From a virus (taxonomy: Duplodnaviria; Caudoviricetes), in IMG/VR virus record IMGVR_UViG_3300030060_002906, positions 1-56,803 of that record: 56,803 nucleotides of DNA; one strand, 5' to 3'. Shown piece after piece: positions 18,474 to 25,518 of the stretch. The notes under the pieces are model-generated. The model was not told the DNA's origin, made no database searches, and saw nothing but the letters and a program-made list of their open reading frames with translations. The translations under genes were made by a program, and so were the position numbers. Every line of letters begins with the position of its first letter. The stretch's first letter is position 1.

Positions 18474-18524
18474 TTGTGCTATCCGATATATATAGTATAA
18501 TTTAATTTTAAACTTAAACGGAGG
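18474..18524 (+). promoter_or_regulatory. early promoter, operator and RBS
   Basis: TTGTGC, TATCCGATA (18480-18488), TATAAT at a 16-bp spacer, AAACGGAGG 18516-18524. Confidence 0.75.
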
Positions 18525-18529
18525 TAAAA

Positions 18530-19126
18530 ATGGGATTTGATATTTACGGACTAAATCCAAAATTAAAAAGTGAAAGACCAAAAATAGATTGGAACAATCA
18601 CACAAAAGCAGAAGCAGAACAATATTTTAAAGATGTAGAAAAATTTGAAAAAGAAAATCCAGGTTATTATTTTAGAAATAATGTTTGGTGGTGGCGACCA
18701 TTAGCAGACTTTGTTTTGTGGTTAGCTGATAAAGAGTTTACAACAGACAAGGATAGACAAGGTTGGCACCATAACGGAGGTTATAGAGTTGACGAAAAAA
18801 AAGCCAAAGTTATTGCAGATCTTTTAGAAGCGTCTATAGATGAGGGTATAGCGAAAAGATACCAAGATGCTACAGATGACAAGATGAAAAAAGCTAAAGC
18901 ACATAACAAAGAAATTGAAAAAAAACATAAGGAGTTAAGAAAAATTGTTGAAAGGCATACGGGTAAAAAAGATTTAGTTCCAAACGATTATCCAGAACCA
19001 TTTAACAGTCAATGGAATGATATTCAAAAGCTAACAAACTATGAAGCTCATTATCCTTTTAGTGTGGACAATGTAAAAGACTTCGCCAAATTCTGTCGTG
19101 AATCTGGAGGCTTTGAAATTTGTTAG
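18530..19126 (+). CDS. conserved early phage hypothetical protein
   Basis: MGFDIYG...YFRNNVWWWRPL...YPFS...FCRESGGFEIC. Confidence 0.75.
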   Translation: MGFDIYGLNPKLKSERPKIDWNNHTKAEAEQYFKDVEKFEKENPGYYFRNNVWWWRPLADFVLWLADKEFTTDKDRQGWHHNGGYRVDEKKAKVIADLLEASIDEGIAKRYQDATDDKMKKAKAHNKEIEKKHKELRKIVERHTGKKDLVPNDYPEPFNSQWNDIQKLTNYEAHYPFSVDNVKDFAKFCRESGGFEIC

Positions 19127-19200
19127 ATTTGCCACTAATCTTTTTAGAGGGATTGCTATACTTAGCAATCTCTCTTTTCTTTTTATACTTCGCTACATAG
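19120..19200 (+). CDS. 26-aa hydrophobic peptide
   Basis: RBS GGAGG at 19106, TTG start, (M)LDLPLIFLEGLLYLAISLFFLYFAT, TAG directly before the repeat. Confidence 0.45.
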   Translation: MLDLPLIFLEGLLYLAISLFFLYFAT

Positions 19201-19202
19201 TT

Positions 19203-19372
19203 CCCCGTTCCCGTTTCCCATTTCCGTTGCACCAGGTTTTGTGTTCGTGACAGGGGCCGCAGCTGGCCGCGGATCGCACTAGCTGGTGAACGAACTCCCA
19301 TTCCCATTACCATTTCCCATTCCCGTTTCCCGTTACGTGCGAGACTTGTGCCTGCTGGCGCACCAGGGGATG
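19203..19372 (+). repeat. two CCC(G/A)TT elements
   Basis: CCCGTTCCCGTTTCCCATTTCCGTT at 19204; CCCATT/CCCGTT array 19297-19334; GC-rich GCTGG-containing segments. Confidence 0.85.
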
Positions 19373-19423
19373 CGTTTTGTGAGCTTCGGAAGAAAAATTA
19401 AAAAGTTTTTTTATTTTATTTCC

Positions 19424-19452
19424 TTGATTTAACGGATTATAAATATTATATT
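19424..19452 (+). promoter_or_regulatory. early promoter
   Basis: TTGATT-17-TATATT with an AT-rich upstream region; spacer holds AACGGATTA, a possible inverted operator variant. Confidence 0.55.
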
Positions 19453-19501
19453 AATAGTAAGATTAATTCATAAACAAAACTTTAAACGAAAGGAAAAAAC
19501 A

Positions 19502-19825
19502 ATGAAAAATCTTAAATCAAAATTAGAAATAAACATTAATGAAGTTTTAGCAGATATATATGATGCTGATAATAAAAGAAAAGAGTTTGCAGAAAAGTAT
19601 GCAAATCTTAAAAAAATTATTACTCAATATATGGATTCTAAAGGCATTAATGAAATTCATATTAATAAAGAAGGATTTGAAGGTTATGTGCAAAGAACAA
19701 TAACCTATCCTAATAACTTCAATAATAAAAAGTTTAAAGAAGATCATCAGTCTTTATATGAAGAGTATTCATCTAAAGGCAAGAGAGTTTCTTTATTAAC
19801 TGATAACTTAAAAGAGGTAAATTAA
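19502..19825 (+). CDS. early hypothetical protein
   Basis: Coiled coil then FNNKKFKEDHQSLYEEY, resembling tails of YqaJ/Gam-type phage proteins. Confidence 0.65.
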   Translation: MKNLKSKLEININEVLADIYDADNKRKEFAEKYANLKKIITQYMDSKGINEIHINKEGFEGYVQRTITYPNNFNNKKFKEDHQSLYEEYSSKGKRVSLLTDNLKEVN

Positions 19826-20071
19826 ATGAGTGAATTTAAACCTAAATATGAAGTTAAAAAATTTGGTGTTGATAGTGGTCAATTTGTTATAGTAGATCCT
19901 TGTTATTTATATAGGATTGCTGAAGAGTTTAAATTTGATAGGGATATAGTATCCTTAATTAATAAACTTAAAGTTATCGGTGTAGTAGTTGAAACAGGTG
20001 CAGATGGTGAATACTCTGTGTTAACTACTGAAAGAGGAACTACTATAAAACATGGGGGTTATTATGCCTAA
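19826..20071 (+). CDS. hypothetical protein (DUF4241-like motif)
   Basis: FGVDSGQFVIVDPCY...TGADGEY. Confidence 0.6.
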   Translation: MSEFKPKYEVKKFGVDSGQFVIVDPCYLYRIAEEFKFDRDIVSLINKLKVIGVVVETGADGEYSVLTTERGTTIKHGGYYA

Positions 20072-20312
20072 CAATGTTTTAGACTTAATCAATAATCAAT
20101 CTATTATTTCTAGTAATTCAAGATTTAATGAATTAAGAAATTCATTAACAGAAGAACAAAGAAAACAGATTAATTATCAATTAGTGTGTAGTGCTATGGA
20201 AAAAGCTATCATAGAAATTTATGCAGAGTATCCTAATAGCAATGTGACAAATGCACTCAAAGAAAAACTAATGGAATATCTTGCAGAATTAGCAGTCATT
20301 ATAGATAGATAG
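20064..20312 (+). CDS. hypothetical protein
   Basis: ATG 20064 after GGGGG, overlapping the upstream stop. Confidence 0.6.
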   Translation: MPNNVLDLINNQSIISSNSRFNELRNSLTEEQRKQINYQLVCSAMEKAIIEIYAEYPNSNVTNALKEKLMEYLAELAVIIDR

Positions 20313-20321
20313 TCCTTAAAA

Positions 20322-20344
20322 TGTGGGGACTATCTGTCCCCACA
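20322..20344. other. GC-rich hairpin closing the early island
   Basis: TGTGGGGAC-tatct-GTCCCCACA; no U tail. Confidence 0.6.
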
Positions 20345-20502
20345 GCCCACACGAAACAAGGCTCTATGCCCATTTAAAAGCCGTAGGTTGCCCATTTCAC
20401 GCCCACACAGAGGGAGGCGTACGCAAAAAAATTTTTACTTTACGTGCAAGTTTTTCACGCGTATATACTTGCGAAACGATATGGGTAGTGTATAACTAAA
20501 CT

Positions 20503-21978
20503 ATGAAGCCAGATTTAATGACAACTGAAACGTTGAGGCTCGAAGTAGAAAAGAGATGGATCGAGCATATAAAATTATGTCAAGATAACTTTTTATATTT
20601 CGTTAAAGAAGTCTGGCCCGACTTTATATATCGTAAAACTACAGACCCAAATAAGATGGGACATCATCAGATTATTGCAAATGAGTTTACTAAAATAGCT
20701 TCAGATAAAAAAGGGAGGCTCATAATTAACATGCCCCCTCGACACACGAAATCTGAATTTGCTTCCGTTTACTTCCCTGCCTGGATTATTGGTAAGTATC
20801 CAAAATTAAAAATTATGCAAGTATCTCATAATACAGAACTAGCAGTACGATTTGGAAGTAAGGTTCGAAATATTATTGACTCGCCAGAGTACAAACAAAT
20901 TTTTGGTGATGTGAAACTAAGAGAAGACTCAAAAGCAAAAGGAAGATGGGAGATTAGTCAAGGTGGAGAATATTATGCAGCTGGTGTCGGTGCGTCTATC
21001 ACCGGTCGTGGTGCAGACTTACTGATTATTGATGATCCACATACGGAACAAGATTCAATGTCAGATGTTGCTATGGAACGTGCATACGAATGGTATACAT
21101 CAGGACCCAGACAAAGATTGCAACCGGGAGGCTCGATACTTTTAGTAATGACACGATGGGCCGAGGATGATTTAACTGGTCGCTTGTTACGTGCTCAAAC
21201 AGAACCGAAAGCAGATGAGTGGAGACAAATTTCTTTTCCTGCGATTCTCGATTCAGGGAACCCTGTCTGGCCTGAGTATTGGGAAGTAGATGAACTAGAA
21301 AAAATAAAAGCCTCTATCCCGATCCGTAACTGGTCAGCCCAGTATATGCAAGAACCAACTTCCGATGAAGGTGCGATTATAAAACGTGAGTGGTGGCAAC
21401 CTTGGAAACACGAAGGTGTTCCTAATTTAATGCACGTCATACAAAGTTATGATACAGCATTTAGTAAAAAAGAAACTGCAGACTATAGTGCGATTACAAC
21501 ATGGGGTGTATTTTTTCCCGAAGAAGGAGGAGCACCACAAGTGATGTTGTTAGATGCTTTTCGTGGCAAGTTTGATTTTCCAGAACTCAAAGTGGTGGCA
21601 TTACAACATTATAAATACTGGGAACCCGAATCAGTAATCATTGAACAAAAAGCAAGTGGTGAACCATTAACACAAGAGTTTAGAAGAATGGGTATACCTG
21701 TTGTTCCGTTTACACCTGCCAAAGGGAATGATAAATATACCAGGGTAAATGCAGTAGCACCCTTGTTTGAGAGTGGTGCAGTGTGGTATCCGTTTGGTGA
21801 AAAATTTGCAGATGAAGTGATAGATGAGTGTGCTGCTTTTCCTAATGGTGCAAACGATGACTATGTGGACAGTATGACACAAGCTATGTTACGATATAGA
21901 CAAGGTAGTTTCGTTGAACTATACTCAGACTTATTAGAGAACGAAGAACGACCACCAAAAGAATACAACTATTACTGA
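20503..21978 (+). CDS. terL: terminase large subunit
   Basis: LIINMPPRHTKS Walker A, ITGRGAD, IIDDP Walker B, SYDTA and DDYVDS nuclease motifs. Confidence 0.96.
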   Translation: MKPDLMTTETLRLEVEKRWIEHIKLCQDNFLYFVKEVWPDFIYRKTTDPNKMGHHQIIANEFTKIASDKKGRLIINMPPRHTKSEFASVYFPAWIIGKYPKLKIMQVSHNTELAVRFGSKVRNIIDSPEYKQIFGDVKLREDSKAKGRWEISQGGEYYAAGVGASITGRGADLLIIDDPHTEQDSMSDVAMERAYEWYTSGPRQRLQPGGSILLVMTRWAEDDLTGRLLRAQTEPKADEWRQISFPAILDSGNPVWPEYWEVDELEKIKASIPIRNWSAQYMQEPTSDEGAIIKREWWQPWKHEGVPNLMHVIQSYDTAFSKKETADYSAITTWGVFFPEEGGAPQVMLLDAFRGKFDFPELKVVALQHYKYWEPESVIIEQKASGEPLTQEFRRMGIPVVPFTPAKGNDKYTRVNAVAPLFESGAVWYPFGEKFADEVIDECAAFPNGANDDYVDSMTQAMLRYRQGSFVELYSDLLENEERPPKEYNYY

Positions 21979-21985
21979 GGATTGT

Positions 21986-22102
21986 ATGATACAAAAAATC
22001 AAAAACATAATCACTAAAATTAAAAAAAGATTATTTGGAAAAATTTGCGAGTGCCTACCTAAAAAGAAAAAAGGACCCGGAAGACCACGAAAGAATAGTT
22101 AA
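21986..22102 (+). CDS. 38-aa basic peptide with AT-hook
   Basis: RBS gagga; MIQKIKNIITKIKKRLFGKICECLPKKKKGPGRPRKNS. Confidence 0.55.
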   Translation: MIQKIKNIITKIKKRLFGKICECLPKKKKGPGRPRKNS

Positions 22103-25100
22103 TGGCATACGAAGAAGAAGATTCTGGTATAGGCTTAGGTAAAGTAGCAGCTGGTATAGGTGCACTTGGTGCTGCAATTGTTTTTAGAAAAAACATAGGC
22201 AGGTATGCTAAAGACTATTATAAAAATTTTGTAAAAGAAACAGAACCTAATCCTGATCCAATAGTTCCAAAATTTAAAAAAGAAGTACAACGTAATACAG
22301 AACGATTAGAAGATCCTGCTGCACCAGGTCAACCATTAGCAAATAAGAAACCAGAATATTCTTTAACAGAATATAAAGCAGCTGATGATGAGATAGATAA
22401 GGCTGATAAAACTAGATTAGATTTAAAAAAATTTAGAGAAAATGAAGATAAGTTTATTCTTCAACAAAAAAAATTAGTTAAAGAACGCCCTTTAACTTTA
22501 GGAGGTGCGCAACCTGATAATGATATGTATGGAATAGGATCACCTTTGTATGACTATGTAGTAGAAGCAGTACCTAATGGTCATCCCAGAAGTGTAGATT
22601 ATTGGAAAAGAATGTTTGGTGCAAAAAAAATGAACTACAACTTTGTTGCACTAAATAGAAAAGTTCCTACAACAATCACGAAACAAGAAATAGCTGATAC
22701 TAATATTGCACGATTTGATGAGCAGGGTAATTTAGTTGATGGCTATTTAAAGTATGTTGAAGATATGAATTATGGTTCAAAGCAACCACAAAAAATTTTA
22801 CCTAGTTCTATATTATCTTTAATTAGAAATGCACCAGCTAACAATCTAATAACTATGGAATATAACTCTGCTAATTTTGCTAAAGAAGGTAAATTATATT
22901 CTAACGAGCTTCGTAACATTATTAGAAAAATTGCTATGGGAGATAATAAAGTAAAAGGTAATTTTGAAGCAGACGATACAAATTTATTAAATCAATTAAG
23001 TTTGAACATAGCTAAACATAGAAACATTAGACAAGCTAATACCAGATACAATGCTTTATATAATTTATACAATCAGTCTTTGTTATCTGATGCGTATTAT
23101 ACAAATGCTGGTGGCTTTGGAGCAGAACTAAAATTAGTAGCAGATGAGATAGGAGATTATAATCAAATTCCGATGAATAGTGTTGCAGCACCTGTTAAAA
23201 GTTTAGCTAAAAGAGTGTTAGAATTTAACAATGATTTAAGAGCACCAGAAAATAAAAGTATAGAGAATGATAGAATAATAAAATTTTTTGAGTCCCCTGC
23301 CCGAGTTTTAGGAAAAGGATATGAAGGAACAGATCCTGATACAAAAGTAATAAATGTTGTTCAAAAATTAGCAGAGGCAACAGACAGATTTTCAGGACGT
23401 ATGAAAATGTTTGTTGATGGCACTAGAGGTGATAACGCAGCCAGAGATGGATTAAAAGATTTAAACTTTTTTAACTTACTATCTGTAAGAGACAAAGCAG
23501 CAAGAGATGCTAAAGGAAGATTAATAAAAAAAGAAGGAGAAGCAATTGCTCCTTTAAAAAACGTATCTCCTTATAATGAATATTCAGGTTTAGAAGCTTA
23601 TAGAACTTACGGCACAGAAAATTTTTTTGAAACTGTTATTTTAATAAATCCTAAAGTTTACAAAAGAGCACAAGATCAAGTACCTGGTTTAGATTTAAAT
23701 CCTAAACTTGATAACGTAAAACATTTTAACAGAAAACTGCCTAGTGGTGAAATTATGAATGCTCAAATCCTACATGTAAGAGGTGGTGTCAGAGCAGTAC
23801 ATCCTACCTTTGGAGGTAAAACTATTTCGATTGATGAAGTACAAGATGATATAGGACAGAGTATAGAAAAACAAATAGCTAAAGATCAAATACAAAAAGC
23901 TGCAGACAGATTTAAAGCTGAACAAAACAGAATAAGAGCTAATGACGGAGTAGAACTTTTAACTGATCAAGATGTTAGAAACATTTTTACAAAAACAAGA
24001 ACAAGAGCACAAATTGACAAAAACTTTAAAGAATTTGGTAGGGAACTCAATCCTAATTTAAAAAGAGATGCTAAACTAATGAAAGAGCCTGTCATACCAG
24101 ATTCTGAAATTACAAGATTATACACAACACCTGCACCAGACCTTCCTAATCCATCACAGTTTTTATTTGATGAAGCTGCAAAAATTAGACTGCAACGAAA
24201 CATGTTTAATCTAGATACGTTAAATGCAAATATGTATAGAGATAGATTAATGACTGTTGCAGATGAAATGGAAAATTTAGCTAAACCTAGTATGACACCA
24301 GAGGATGTAAAATCATATAACAGACTAGCAAATACATATGAAGATATAAAAAAAATTATACCTGATGTTAGTCGAAGGGAAAAAAGTAAATACGATTACA
24401 AACCTTTAGATGGTAAAGAAACTTGGGGTCCACTAGCTATGAAATACGCTATTAAAAAAGCAGCCAGAGAAGGTATTGATTGGGTAAATATTAACCCTTA
24501 TGAAGTCACTCACCATAGAGAAAGAAAAAGATTAGGTAATTTAGAATTTTATGGTAATTCAAAAGGAACAGGTCAAATAACAGTAAGAAAAGCTGGAGAG
24601 GTTTTTGAAGAAGAATTAGAAGAGGTACGAGAAATGTTTAGAATAGGATCTCGTACTCAAGAAGAAGGTCCAGGAGCTATAACTGAATTAGCAGAATTAG
24701 CTAAAAAACCAAAATTTTATGATCGTATGACAAGTTCAGCTAAAACAGATTTAAGACCTGGTAAAACTACAGGCAGAGAAGCAAAAAATCCTACTGCAAC
24801 CCTACCTAGTTTTTTAAGACAGTTTGCTAAAACATATGATACTGAAGTTAAAGAAATTAAGGTAGCAAAATCAGATCCTAATAAAAGAGTAAAGTTTGTT
24901 AGAAAAATAGATTCAATAGATCCTGAAACTGGACAAGAAATAGAGTTTGAAGAACACGTTGCTGCAATGACTATGGAAGAGTATGAAGCTTTTCAAAGCT
25001 CAGGTGGTAGATTAATGAGAGGTAATCAATTTGATGACACTGGCACTTTAGGTTATGATTTTTTACAAGGAACAGAAGTAAAAATAAGAGAACCTGGTGA

Positions 25101-25218
25101 AATAAATGAAGCTGATTATTATCTATCTTACGCAATAAAAATTAAACCAGAGTTCAAAGATGTGCCAATCAAAGGATATAAAAAAGGAGGACTAGCAGTA
25201 AACATATTTAAATGGTAG
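22102..25218 (+). CDS. large putative virion-packaged protein with a polyvalent-protein-like enzyme domain
   Basis: 1038 aa; HF...N...HVR...KTISIDEVQDD, W..LAMKYAIKKAAREGIDWV, EFYG; C-terminal GYKKGGL tag. Confidence 0.6.
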   Translation: MAYEEEDSGIGLGKVAAGIGALGAAIVFRKNIGRYAKDYYKNFVKETEPNPDPIVPKFKKEVQRNTERLEDPAAPGQPLANKKPEYSLTEYKAADDEIDKADKTRLDLKKFRENEDKFILQQKKLVKERPLTLGGAQPDNDMYGIGSPLYDYVVEAVPNGHPRSVDYWKRMFGAKKMNYNFVALNRKVPTTITKQEIADTNIARFDEQGNLVDGYLKYVEDMNYGSKQPQKILPSSILSLIRNAPANNLITMEYNSANFAKEGKLYSNELRNIIRKIAMGDNKVKGNFEADDTNLLNQLSLNIAKHRNIRQANTRYNALYNLYNQSLLSDAYYTNAGGFGAELKLVADEIGDYNQIPMNSVAAPVKSLAKRVLEFNNDLRAPENKSIENDRIIKFFESPARVLGKGYEGTDPDTKVINVVQKLAEATDRFSGRMKMFVDGTRGDNAARDGLKDLNFFNLLSVRDKAARDAKGRLIKKEGEAIAPLKNVSPYNEYSGLEAYRTYGTENFFETVILINPKVYKRAQDQVPGLDLNPKLDNVKHFNRKLPSGEIMNAQILHVRGGVRAVHPTFGGKTISIDEVQDDIGQSIEKQIAKDQIQKAADRFKAEQNRIRANDGVELLTDQDVRNIFTKTRTRAQIDKNFKEFGRELNPNLKRDAKLMKEPVIPDSEITRLYTTPAPDLPNPSQFLFDEAAKIRLQRNMFNLDTLNANMYRDRLMTVADEMENLAKPSMTPEDVKSYNRLANTYEDIKKIIPDVSRREKSKYDYKPLDGKETWGPLAMKYAIKKAAREGIDWVNINPYEVTHHRERKRLGNLEFYGNSKGTGQITVRKAGEVFEEELEEVREMFRIGSRTQEEGPGAITELAELAKKPKFYDRMTSSAKTDLRPGKTTGREAKNPTATLPSFLRQFAKTYDTEVKEIKVAKSDPNKRVKFVRKIDSIDPETGQEIEFEEHVAAMTMEEYEAFQSSGGRLMRGNQFDDTGTLGYDFLQGTEVKIREPGEINEADYYLSYAIKIKPEFKDVPIKGYKKGGLAVNIFKW

Positions 25219-25227
25219 TATAATATT

Positions 25228-25518
25228 ATGGCAAATGTAGATAAAAATATAGAAAGACTAAAACTTGCAAAAGAGTTAATTGAAAAAAAAGAATTACCTG
25301 AAATAGTTGCACCTGATATGTTAGAAGCTGTTGAAGTAAAACAAAGAAACTTAAGAAGCAGAGATATACAAAGAGGAAAAATGTACCCTATGGCGATTGA
25401 TGATATATCAGCATTAGTGGACAACATGTCAAAGTCTAATGTTATTAAAGCAAGAAAAGGTAAGATGGTTACATGTCCTGTTAAAATTGGAAAAAATAAA
25501 CCTACAAAAATATTATGA
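25228..25518 (+). CDS. small virion-associated hypothetical protein
   Basis: KARKGKMV...KIGKNKPTKIL basic tail; immediately before the portal gene. Confidence 0.6.
   Translation: MANVDKNIERLKLAKELIEKKELPEIVAPDMLEAVEVKQRNLRSRDIQRGKMYPMAIDDISALVDNMSKSNVIKARKGKMVTCPVKIGKNKPTKIL

Noticed and set aside
18049-19313. Minus-strand ORFs 18049..18300, 18384..18605 and 19059..19313
   Set aside because: Translations of repeat elements or antisense shadows of better-supported + strand genes
17685-19358. GCTGG motifs as Chi sites
   Set aside because: They match only the 5' part of E. coli Chi (GCTGGTGG); the host Chi is unknown, and GCTGGTGG also occurs in coding DNA as Ala-Gly-Gly
17031-19372. CRISPR array or integron attC array
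   Set aside because: Repeats are short and degenerate with irregular spacing and genes between them; no cas genes, no tyrosine integrase and no clear RYYYAAC...GTTRRRY paired ends
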